Shown: positions 24,685 through 35,164 of the stretch, in pieces | How the letters are laid out: the number at the start of each line of letters is the position of its first letter | Position numbering within the stretch: position 1 is the first letter of the stretch | Origin: Reclinomonas americana ATCC 50394 | Lineage: Eukaryota | Assembly: GCA_048213135.1 (NCBI GenBank) | Contig: PS015137.1 | Location: forward strand, 93,373 to 138,635 | DNA: 45,263 nt | Direction: 5' to 3' | The notes under the pieces: model-generated | What the model was told of the DNA's origin: nothing | The model's input: the letters and a program-made list of their open reading frames with translations, nothing else | The model's database searches: none | Position numbers and translations under genes: made by a program

Positions 24685-24852
24685 TTGCTTGCTTCTTTCT
24701 TTTCTCCCTTGCGCACCTGGCGGTTCTTTTTTCTTTGTCCGCGGCCGTGTTTTGTCATCTCAAGTAAAAGAACTGAATGAGTCGGTTTGCAGACTTCGGA
24801 ACGTCGGTGCTGTCCTCCTTGACACAGATCTCACACAACAGAACATCACGCC

Positions 24853-25940
24853 ATGACCTCCACTCCACCGTCTCTCCCACACAGATGCCTGCATGGGCAC
24901 ACGTCCTGGGTTATGTCTGTTGCTGTCACTCCCGATGCGCGTCATATCGTGAGTGGGAGTGCAGATGAGACGGTACGTGTGTGGTCACTGACGAGTGGAG
25001 AAGAGGTGCGACGACTGCAGCAGCGCTTTGGGTGGGTGTATGCCGTCGCTGTCACTCCCAATGGTCAGCACCTTGTCAGCAGCAGCTGGGACAAGACAGT
25101 GCGTATGTGGTCGCTGGCGAGTGGCGATGCGATGCTCCTGTCTGAAGGGCGCTCTACGTGGGTCGCCGTCACTCCCGACTCTCAGCACATTGTGAGCGGC
25201 AATATGAACAGGACTTTGTGTGTGTGGTCGCTGGTGAGTGGCGAAGAGGTGCAACGATTCGTTCACGATGCAGCAATTTCCGCCATTGCTGTCACTCCCG
25301 ACGGCCAGCACGTGGTGAGTGGGGATGAGGACAACGCCGTGCGCATGTGGTCAATGGCGACCGGACAGGAAGTGCGATGCATGAGGGGACACATTGGTGT
25401 CGTGTGTTGTGTCGCCGTCACACCCGACGGACTGTTTATTGTGAGTGGCAGTGGCGACAGTACCTTGCGCGTGTGGTCCGTGCTGAGTGGACAAGAAGTG
25501 CGACAGTTGGTGGGTCACCGCCACATGGTGATGTCTGTTGCCGTCACTCCTGACGGGCAGCATGTAGTCAGCGGCGGTCAAGACAAGACGGTGCGTGTGT
25601 GGTCGCTGGAGAGTGGCGAAGAGGTGCGACGATTGGAGGGACACACTGTCACTGTAAACTCTGTCGCCGTCACTCCCGATGGACAGCACATTGTGAGCGG
25701 CAGCGCAGATAAGACTGTNNNNNNNNNNNNNNNNNNNNGCGAGTGTGGTCGATGCCGTATGGTCTCGCTCGACAGGAGCTCGATTGTGCACGCGCGGTAA
25801 TGCAGGTGGTGCACGAGATGCAGCAAGAGGCAGAGGAGGAGCCGGATCCTCGCTGTCTGGTGGAGATCGTGCTTCGGTGTTTCATAGTGGAGGATGCAGA
25901 GGTTATTCTCTACCGGTGCTTGGCAGATTGTGTACTTTGA
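24853..25940 (+). CDS. Intronless WD40 protein, array copy 5 (interrupted by a 20-N assembly break)
   Basis: ORFs 24853-25800 and 25743-25940 are continuous with the paralogs once the N spacer at 25719-25738 is ignored. Confidence 0.85.
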
Positions 25941-26105
25941 TTGTCTGTTTCTTTCTTTTCTCCCTTGCGCACCTGGCAGTTCTTTTTTCTTTGTCCGCGG
26001 CCGTGTTTTGTCATCTCAAGTAAAAGAACTGCAAGTCTTCGGTTTGCAGACTTCTGCTGTCCTCGCGCACACATCAACCTCCTGTCCAACAAACAACATC
26101 GCGCC

Positions 26106-27193
26106 ATGACCTCCACTCCACCGTCTCTCCCACACAGATGCCTGCATGGGCACACGTCGTGGGTTATGTCTGTAGCTGTCACTCCCGATGCGCGTCATAT
26201 CGTGAGTGGGAGTGCAGATGAGACGGTACGTGTGTGGTCACTGACGAGTGGAGAAGAGGTGCGACGACTGCAGCAGCGCTTTGGGTGGGTGTATGCCGTC
26301 GCTGTCACTCCCAATGGTCAGCACCTTGTCAGCAGCAGCTGGGACAAGACAGTGCGTGTGTGGTCGCTGGCGAGTGGCGATGCGATGCTCCTGTCTGAAG
26401 GGCGCTCTACGTGGGTCGCCGTCACTCCCGACTCTCAGCACATTGTGAGCGGCAGCATGAACAGGACTTTGTGTGTGTGGTCGCTGGTGAGTGGCGAAGA
26501 GGTGCAACGATTCGTTCACGATGCAGCAATTTCCGCCATTGCTGTCACTCCCGACGGCCAGCACGTGGTGAGTGGGGATGAGGACAACGCCGTGCGCATG
26601 TGGTCAATGGCGACCGGACAGGAAGTGCGATGCATGAGGGGACACATTGGTGTCGTGTGTTGTGTCGCCGTCACACCCGACGGACTGTTTATTGTGAGTG
26701 GCAGTGGCGACAGCACTGTGCGTGTGTGGTCCGTGCTGAGTGGACAAGAAGTGCGACAGCTGGTGGGTCACCGATACATGGTGCTGTCTGTTGCCGTTAC
26801 TCCCGATGGGCAACACATAGTCAGCGGCGGTCAAGACAAGACGGTGCGTGTGTGGTCGCTGGAGAGTGGCGAAGAGGTGCGACGATTGGAGGGACACACT
26901 GTCACTGTAAACTCTGTCGCCATCACTCCCGATGGACAGCACATTGTGAGCGGCAGCGCAGATAAGACNNNNNNNNNNNNNNNNNNNNGGTGCGCGTGTG
27001 GTCGATGCCATATGGTCTCGCTCGAAAGGAGCTCGATATTGCACGCTCTGCGATGCAGGCGGTGCAGGAGATGCAGCAAGAATTAGGGGAGGAGCCGGAT
27101 CCTCGCTGTCTGGTGGAGATCGTGCTTCGGTGTTTCATAGTGGAGGATGCAGAGGTTGTTCTCTACCGATGCTTGGCAGATTGTGTACTTTGA
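26106..27193 (+). CDS. Intronless WD40 protein, array copy 6 (near-identical to copy 5; 20-N break)
   Basis: ATG at 26106; N spacer 26969-26988 sits at the same relative position as in copy 5. Confidence 0.85.
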
Positions 27194-27382
27194 TTGTCTG
27201 TTTCTTTCTTTCCTGTCTCCGTGCGCACCTGGCGGTTCTTTTTTCTTTGTCCGCGGCCGTGTTTTGTCATCTCAAGTAAAAGAACTGTGTGTTGTGCATT
27301 AGTCTCCTCGGTTTGCAGACTTCGGTGCTGTCCTCCTTGACACACATCACCCTCAACGAACGAATCTCAACAACATCACGCC

Positions 27383-28450
27383 ATGACCTCCACTCCACCG
27401 TCTCTCCCACACAGATGCCTGCACGGGCACACGTCCTGGGTTATGTCTGTTGCTGTCACTCCCGACAGCACGCACATTGTGAGTGGCGGTTGGGACGGCA
27501 CAGTGCGTGTGTGGTCTCTTGTGCGTGGAGAAGAGGTGCGACGGTTGGAGGGTCACACGGGGTGGGTGTATGCCGTCGCTATCACTCCCGATGGTCGGCA
27601 CGTGGTGAGCGGGAGCGATGACAGGACTGTGAGAGTGTGGTCGCTGTCGAGTGGCGATGAGATTCTCTTGTCTGAAGGGCGCTCTGCGTGGGTCGCCGTC
27701 ACTCCCGACTCTCAGCACATTGTGAGCGGCAGCAAGAACAGGACTTTATGTGTGTGGTCACTGGTGAGTGGCGAAGAGGTGCAACGATTCGTTCACGATG
27801 CAGCAATTTCCGCGATTGCTGTCACTCCCGACGGCCAGCACGTGGTGAGTGGCAATGAGGACAACGCCGTGCGCATGTGGTCAATAGCGACCGGACAGGA
27901 AGTGCGATGCATGAGGGGACACATTGGTGTCGTGTGTTGTGTCGCCGTCACACCCGACGGACTGTTTATTGTGAGTGGCAGTGGCGACAGCACTGTGCGT
28001 GTGTGGTCCGTGCTGAGTGGACAAGAAGTGCGACAGTTGGTGGGTCACCGCCACATGGTGATGTCTGTTGCCGTCACTCCCGATGGGCAACACATAGTCA
28101 GCGGCGGTCAAGACAAGACGGTGCGTGTGTGGTCGCTGGAGAGTGGCGAAGAGGTGCGACGATTGGAGGGACACACTGTCACTGTAAACTCTGTCGCCGT
28201 CACTCCCGATGGACAGCACATTGTGAGCGGCAGCGCAGATAAGACGGTGCGCTTGTGGTCGATGCCGTATGGTCTCGCTCGAAAGGAGCTCGATTGTGCA
28301 CGCGCGGTAATGCAGGTGGTGCACGAGATGCAGCAAGAATTAGGGGAGGAGCCGGATCCTCGCTGTCTGGTGGAGATCGTGCTTCGGTGTTTCATAGTGG
28401 AGGATGCAGAGGTTGTTCTCTACCGATGCTTGGCAGATTGTGTACTTTGA
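27383..28450 (+). CDS. Intronless WD40 protein, array copy 7
   Basis: 355-aa ORF with seven repeats plus tail. Confidence 0.95.
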   Translation: MTSTPPSLPHRCLHGHTSWVMSVAVTPDSTHIVSGGWDGTVRVWSLVRGEEVRRLEGHTGWVYAVAITPDGRHVVSGSDDRTVRVWSLSSGDEILLSEGRSAWVAVTPDSQHIVSGSKNRTLCVWSLVSGEEVQRFVHDAAISAIAVTPDGQHVVSGNEDNAVRMWSIATGQEVRCMRGHIGVVCCVAVTPDGLFIVSGSGDSTVRVWSVLSGQEVRQLVGHRHMVMSVAVTPDGQHIVSGGQDKTVRVWSLESGEEVRRLEGHTVTVNSVAVTPDGQHIVSGSADKTVRLWSMPYGLARKELDCARAVMQVVHEMQQELGEEPDPRCLVEIVLRCFIVEDAEVVLYRCLADCVL

Positions 28451-28622
28451 TTGTCTGTTTCTTTCTTTTCTCCCTTGCGCACCTGGCGGTTCTTTTCAGT
28501 CTGTCTCTCTTCTCCGTGACCTGTGTTTTGTTATCTCAAGTAAATGGACTGCAAGTCTTCGGTTTGCAGACTTCTGCTGTCCTCGCGCACACATCAACCT
28601 GTCCAACAAACAACATCGCGCC

Positions 28623-29696
28623 ATGACCTCCACTCCACCCTCTCTCCCACACAAGTGCCTGCACGGACATGCTTCTGTGCTCTCTGTTGCTGTCACTCCC
28701 GATGCGCATCATATCGTGAGCGGGAATGCAGACAGAACAGTGCGAGTGTGGTCGCTGATGAGTGGAGAGGAAGTGCGGCGGTTGGAAGGGCACACGAACA
28801 AGGTGCAGTGTGTTACCATCACTCCCGATGGTCAGCACATTGTCAGCAGCGGCTGGGACAAGACAGTGCGTGTGTGGTCGCTGGCGAGTGGCGATGAGAT
28901 GCGCCTGTCTGAAGGGCACTCTGTGTGGGTTGCCGTCACTCCCGACTCGCAGCACATTGTGAGCGGCAATATGAACAGGACTTTGTGTGTGTGGTCGCTG
29001 GTGAGTGGCGAAGAGGTGCAACGATTCGTTCGCGATGTACCAATCTATGCAATCGCTGTCTCTCCCGACGGTCAGCACGTTGTGAGTGGAGTGGCGGATA
29101 GAACTGTACGCGTGTGGTCAATGGCGAGTGGAAGGGAAGTGCGATGCATGAGGGGACACACGGGTGCCGTGTGTTGCGTCGCCGTCACACCCGACGGACT
29201 GTTTATTGTGAGTGGCAGTGGCGACAGCACCTTGCGTGTGTGGTCCGTGCTGAGTGGACAAGAAGTGCGACAGTTGGTGGGTCACCGATACATGGTGCTG
29301 TCTGTTGCCGTCACTCCTGACGGGCAACACATAGTCAGCGGCGGTCAAGACAAGACGGTTCGTGTGTGGTCGCTGGAGAGTGGCGAAGAGGTGCGACGAT
29401 TGGAGGGGCACTCGAGCTCTGTAAACTCTGTCGCCATCACTCCCGATGGAGAGCACATCGTGAGCGGCAGCGACGATTCAACGGTGCGCGTGTGGTCGAT
29501 GCCGTATGGTCTCGCTCGACAGGAGCTCGATTGCGCTCGTTCGGCCATGCAGGTGGTGCAGGGGATGCGGCAAGAGGAGGAGGACGAGGAGCCGGATCCG
29601 CGGTGTCTGGTTGAGATAGTCATGCGCTGTTTCTTGGTCGAGGAGGCAGAGGTTGTTCTTCACCGGTGCTTCACAGACGGCAGCCTTCGGCTGTGA
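28623..29696 (+). CDS. Intronless WD40 protein, array copy 8
   Basis: ATG at 28623 (MTSTPPSLPHKCLHGH); seven repeats plus tail. Confidence 0.95.
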   Translation: MTSTPPSLPHKCLHGHASVLSVAVTPDAHHIVSGNADRTVRVWSLMSGEEVRRLEGHTNKVQCVTITPDGQHIVSSGWDKTVRVWSLASGDEMRLSEGHSVWVAVTPDSQHIVSGNMNRTLCVWSLVSGEEVQRFVRDVPIYAIAVSPDGQHVVSGVADRTVRVWSMASGREVRCMRGHTGAVCCVAVTPDGLFIVSGSGDSTLRVWSVLSGQEVRQLVGHRYMVLSVAVTPDGQHIVSGGQDKTVRVWSLESGEEVRRLEGHSSSVNSVAITPDGEHIVSGSDDSTVRVWSMPYGLARQELDCARSAMQVVQGMRQEEEDEEPDPRCLVEIVMRCFLVEEAEVVLHRCFTDGSLRL

Positions 29697-29789
29697 TCAA
29701 CCATGATTGTGATTGGAAATGAAAGGCACACAACGGTCAATGTCGGGGCGCGATTGGATTTCATCACACTTTGCTCGCTCATCATTCTT

Positions 29790-30703
29790 CTACGCTGGCA
29801 AGCTGCGTGCCAAATCCCAAAAATGCTCCACACTGTGATCCGCCAGGTACTTGCGCGCCACCGACTCGTTGGGGAACAGCTGAAGGCGGAAATTGACAAA
29901 GTTCTGCTTGGGGAGGACGCCCTGCACGCGCGCGAGAGAGAGAGAGAGAAAGTGAAGTGAGGGACCGCTTGTCGACGATATCCTGTCACCCTACTACTGC
30001 CTACCGCACTCACCGTCCACACATGCACACACTTGTTGGCCGCCTTCTTGTCCTCCGAGTCCGACTCCCCATCGGCCGCTCCATCCTCGTCACCCATATT
30101 GGCGTTCCAGTCAATGCGTGTCAGCATGAGGCGCTCGAACTTGCGGAGTGCCTTCAGACCTGTGTGCCACATGTGGTGAGCGAAGGCGCAGGGAATGCGA
30201 AGAGAGAGTGGTCGCACGCAACTGCCTTCAACAATGACCAAATTCAACACATCCGACAACAGACCACAGCCCGTCAGATACAACTGCTTGGCGTTCAAGT
30301 CAATCTTCTTCTGATTCAGCTTGCTCTTCAGGTTGGTAATTCTGCATGTGAACAAAAGTGCGGCAGTGTCAGCGATGATCTCGATGGTAGAAGGCAAGTT
30401 GCGGCCCATGGACGACCACTCACTCATTCACTCACTCACACACACAGATACACACAAAGTCATTCACTCACTCTCTCACTCACCCACTCACTCACCCACT
30501 AATTCGCTCACTCGCTCACTGACACACTCACTCGCTCACTCACTGACACACACACACTCTCTCTCACAGAGAGAGTGAGAGACACACACACACCCACTCA
30601 CTCACTCTGTCTCACTCACTTACTCACTAATTCGCTCACCCACTCACTCTCACTCACTCACCCACCCACTCATTCACTGGCTCATTCACTGGCTCATTCA
30701 CTG

Positions 30704-30771
<68 letters not shown>

Positions 30772-33099
30772 GAGAGAAAGAAATACACTCACTCATTCAT
30801 TCACTTACACTCACTAATTCTCCACACATTTAACGAAACACACACTTGAACCTGCACACGATCTCCCCTTCCGATCCCCTTCCCCTATTCCCTTCCCCCC
30901 TTTGCAACGCACCTGTAGACAGCCACTTGAATCTGCACATCAGTACCCGCCGTAATCTTCTTCTTGAACTTGTCATGCCGCTGCTCGTCGGTCAGCTTGC
31001 GGTCGGCATTCGCCTTTTCGTGCGCCTCCTTGCGCTCCGCCATTTGCTTGCGCACTTCCATTTCCACCTTTGTTGGGTCCTTGGTGGCGCTGCCAGCCAG
31101 CGCCTTCATCATGTTGGAGAGCTTGACTGGAACATAAAAGGAGAGAGAGCGAGAAAATGAGTCATTACTTTCTCCTCGCGCACTCGCCACATTGTACGCA
31201 CGTTTCGGCGGCGGCGGAGCAATGAGACCCATGCGAATCTGTTCCTGCTTTTCCTTTTCACGCGCCATCCTGGTCTGCGTGCGCAACTTTCTCCGCTCCT
31301 GCAAGGGTAGGCGAGATACATCAGCAATCGAGTGAAACAGAGTGCAGCACGCCGACACGCACCTTTGGCGTCAACATCAGCGGAATCGGTGCTGCCGGCT
31401 TGTCCTCACAAGGCGGCTGCACCGGCACGGGATGCTCCACGTAAAATGCAATCTTTTTCGGTCGCACCTCAAAGTTGCCGTCGGTGACACACTCGTAGGT
31501 CGGGCGTGTCAGCAGCGGAAGGTCCCACCACTCCACGTCGGGCACTACCACGGGTTCCGCAACGGGCTTGGCTGCAGTCTGCACTCTGAATCGTAAGCAC
31601 AATAGGCCCCCCTTGTCACATGCAGCGCCACATCACGAGGCACGCAACTCCCAGTTCCACTCGAGCCCTGGCAATCTCACCACGTCGTTCACGCTCCGCG
31701 TCAAGCTGAACAAAACGAGTCAGACGAGGCGGAAAAATGGGAGAGAGTAAATGCAACACCGCAAAACGCTACCTGCTGTCGCTCCTCCTCCGCCTTGGTC
31801 ACAATGGAGCCGGGCTCCACAAACTCAAATGTGCCCCTCTTCTTGCGGAAGGCACGCTTCACCGACATGCTCGGATCGAAAAAGTGCTTCTCGCGGAAAT
31901 CAGGGAGTTTCTCCAGCGGCAGCGCGGACGTGGCGGTGGTGGTGGCTGTGGTGGTGGCCGCTGCTGCAAAGGGCATGCCGGCCACAGAGGCGGCCACAGC
32001 CGTCACCATGTCGGCAACCTTGGCGCTCATGGCGCTCGGCGGCAGCATCATGTCGTCCTCCTTTTGGTTGACACGGAGACTCTTGACGGGTTTCACCGGG
32101 ATGGCCATGACGTCGTGTAGTGGTGCGGGTGCCGTGGCGTTGGCTTTCTGCGAAATACAAAAAGGAAGGATGAGGAGGTGGGAGGAGGGCAGAAGAAGAA
32201 GATAAGAGCGTGACGCAACGAGGGCATTCAGCTGCGCCTGGATGAGGATCTTGCTCTTCATGACTTCCTCCTGCTGCTGTCGTTCGCGGGCCAGGGCGAT
32301 GCGCTGGGCGACTGTGGAAGAGGGAGAGGGAGGAAAGCGGGAAAGGGGAATTGAGGGGGAAGGGGAAAGGAAGGATGAGTGGGGGAAAGAGGGGGAAAGA
32401 GGGGGAAGGGGGAAGGGGGAAGTGAGTGGGGGAAAGAGGGGGAGGGAAGGGGGAGGAAGGGGGAATTGAGGGGGAACGGGGAAGGAAGGGGGAGGAGAGA
32501 GGAAGAGAGTGTGGGGAGAAAGGGGGAGAAAGGGGAGAGAGGGGAGAAAGGGGAGAAAGGGGAGAAAGGGGAGAAAGGGGAGAAAGGGGAGAAAGGGGAG
32601 GAAAAGGGAAAAGGGAGAAGAGAAGGGGGATGAGAGGGGGATGGTGAAAGGGGAAGAGAAGGGTGGAAGAGCAAGGGGAAAGGAGAGGGGAAGCGAAGGG
32701 AGGAGAGCAAGGGAAGGGGGAGGAAAGGGGGAAAAAAGGGTAAGAGACGAAATGAGAACGAGACAAGAAGGAAGAAAGCAACATGAGAAGAAAGAGAACG
32801 AGATGACAAGAGAAGAGAGGAGAGCGGGGAAGAGGCCTATCTGCCTCTGCTCGTTGCAACCGACACTCTCTGCCTCCCTTCCCACCAAACACGCAACTCT
32901 CTGGCGTCAACGCCACACTCGACGGCGCACTTGACACTGGCGCCACCATCGACACAGGCCTATTCAGCATTGGCGGAGGCACAGACGACGAATGCAATGA
33001 CGCCGATGAAGGAGGTGGAGGAGGAGGTGCAGGCTTGCTCTGAGCGACCTGCGCAGCGAGCTTGGCAATCTCGGCTTGCAGGCGTTGTTGAGTGGGCTA

Positions 33100-33164
<65 letters not shown>

Positions 33165-34188
33165 AGGTGTGTGTGTGTGTGTAGTGTAGGTACGTACGTA
33201 CGTACGTACGTCGTACCGTACGTACGTACGTACGTACGTCGTCGTCGTACGTACGTACGTACTACGTACGTACGTACGTNNNNNNNNNNNNNNNNNNNNN
33301 NNNNNNNNNNNNNNNNNNNNNNNNNNNNNNNNNNNNNNNNNNNNNNNNNNNNNNNNNNNNNNNNNNNNNNNNNNNNNNNNNNNNNNNNNNNNNNNNNNNN
33401 NNNNNNNNNNNNNNNNNNNNNNNNNNNNNNNNNNNNNNNNNNNNNNNNNNNNNNNNNNNNNNNNNNNNNNNNNNNNNNNNNNNNNNNNNNNNNNNNNNNN
33501 NNNNNNNNNNNNNNNNNNNNNNNNNNNNNNNNNNNNNNNNNNNNNNNNNNNNNNNNNNNNNNNNNNNNNNNNNNNNNNNNNNNNNNNNNNNNNNNNNNNN
33601 NNNNNNNNNNNNNNNNNNNNNNNNNNNNNNNNNNNNNNNNNNNNNNNNNNNNNNNNNNNNNNNNNNNNNNNNNNNNNNNNNNNNNNNNNNNNNNNNNNNN
33701 NNNNNNNNNNNNNNNNNNNNNNNNNNNNNNNNNNNNNNNNNNNNNNNNNNNNNNNNNNNNNNNNNNNNNNNNNNNNNNNNNNNNNNNNNNNNNNNNNNNN
33801 NNNNNNNNNNNNNNNNNNNNNNNNNNNNNNNNNNNNNNNNNNNNNNNNNNNNNNNNNNNNNNNNNNNNNNNNNNNNNNNNNNNNNNNNNNNNNNNNNNNN
33901 NNNNNNNNNNNNNNNNNNNNNNNNNNNNNNNNNNNNNNNNNNNNNNNNNNNNNNNNNNNNNNNNNNNNNNNNNNNNNNNNNNNNNNNNNNNNNNNNNNNN
34001 NNNNNNNNNNNNNNNNNNNNNNNNNNNNNNNNNNNNNNNNNNNNNNNNNNNNNNNNNNNNNNNNNNNNNNAGAGAGAGAGAGAGAGAGAGAGTGAGTGAG
34101 AGAAGTACGAATAGCCGTCGTGTGTGTGTTGTCTGTCATGCATGCATCGTCTCACTCAGTCGCTTTGTCTGCTCAGTCTCTCACACAC

Positions 34189-34239
<51 letters not shown>

Positions 34240-34333
34240 TGTGTGTGTTTCTGTCATGCACATGTATTGTATCACTCAGTCGCTTTCCTACCGCTCAGTC
34301 TCTCTCTCTTACACACACACACACTCTTGCACA

Positions 34334-34372
<39 letters not shown>

Positions 34373-34665
34373 CCTCCCTCCCTCTCTCATTTGGTGTCAC
34401 ATTTGTCTCAGTTGTCTCTCACTCACACACACACGCAACATCAGTAACCGGCGCGCTTGGTGCCTGCTGTGTAGGCTCACTCCATCGCGACCTGAAAGAC
34501 ACACAGACAGACAAAGAGAGAGAAAGAGGCAAGTGTGAGCGCGACATTTCGACCTTGTTCTTCGCGTGTTTGTTTGTTTGTGTTTTGACGCAACGTTCGT
34601 TGGCGTTTCTGATCGTTGCCGCTGTCGCCGCGGTCGTCAGAGTGATCGCGCGGTCGCTTTGACAT
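29790..34665 (-). CDS. PRP3: U4/U6 snRNP protein Prp3 (pre-mRNA splicing factor), 12 exons
   Basis: Conserved Prp3 motifs: TFEFVEPG, PDVEWWD, YVEHPVPVQPP, MLTPKERRKLR...QEQIRMGLIAPPPPK-LKLSNMMKAL...DPTKVE, NAKQLYLTG, IVEGSLKALRKFERLMLTRIDW, KCVHVWTG, EHFWDLA. Proposed ATG 34665 (MSKRPRDH...RTSRWS). Upstream exons 34665-34595, 34491-34440, 33096-32898 and 32311-32220 join in phase across the gap. Stop TAG at 29790. Confidence 0.93.
30418..30820. repeat. Intronic (CACT)n/(CT)n/(CA)n microsatellite mosaic
   Basis: Direct reading. Confidence 0.9.
32320..32830. repeat. Intronic purine-rich low-complexity tract (ggggagaaa units on +)
   Basis: Direct reading. Confidence 0.85.
33280..34070. other. 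Assembly gap (N run) inside a PRP3 intron
   Basis: Run of n. Confidence 0.99.
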
Positions 34666-34990
34666 TTTGTGAGTGGTGTGTAAGAACGTCGCAGGACACG
34701 GTTTGTGTGGTGCGACGAACGCAAGCAGCACTCAGTTGCTGTGTGTGCTCTTGTGGCTGACTTCCGCGTTGACGAGAACATCCACTTGCAGACGTGATTT
34801 TTATCGGCGGTAAATGCATTGATTGCAAAAAAACACACAATGCCAGTGTTGAAAAATGCAGCGACAGTGGCCTCTGCAGCGCACATGCCACTGCTCTGCC
34901 TACACACACGCGCGCATATTGCGTACAAAGTGCAATTGCTGCAAGTGCGATCTTCTGAGAATGTCCTGAACGTCGCAAATCAGCTCTCTC
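34666..34990. promoter_or_regulatory. Putative short bidirectional promoter between PRP3 (-) and an unknown gene (+)
   Basis: 325 bp between inferred ATGs 34665 and 34991, with an AT-rich core (taaatgcattgattgcaaaaaaa). Positional inference. Confidence 0.45.
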
Positions 34991-35131
34991 ATGTCGATCT
35001 TGAAGCGCGCCACGGCCGCTGTTCGGCAACGAGCAAGTGTAAGGTGAACACAGAAACAAGAGAGAAAAGAAAGAAGAGAGTTAGTTGAGTGGAAAGTGAG
35101 TGAGAGAGAGAGACTTGGAAAGTTAGTGTGA

Positions 35132-35164
<33 letters not shown>

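Noticed and set aside
25719-26988. Apparent frameshifts in WD40 copies 5 and 6
   Set aside because: Caused by 20-N scaffold spacers at the same relative site. They mark unresolved repeats, so copy number here is uncertain.
18746-29663. Recurrent antisense and alternate-frame ORFs over the WD40 genes
   Set aside because: Shadows of GC-rich repetitive coding sequence; no independent protein features.
18559-29696. CRISPR-like or diversity-generating-retroelement reading of the constant/variable periodicity
   Set aside because: The 126-bp period is protein-coding, and no reverse transcriptase, template repeat, adenine-specific pattern or cas gene is visible.
33190-33279. (TACG)n-like repeat beside the gap; similar sequence at 2761-2850 and 2020-2124
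   Set aside because: Occurs only at contig ends after microsatellites and matches the TACG flow-order noise of pyrosequencing reads; probably an artefact.
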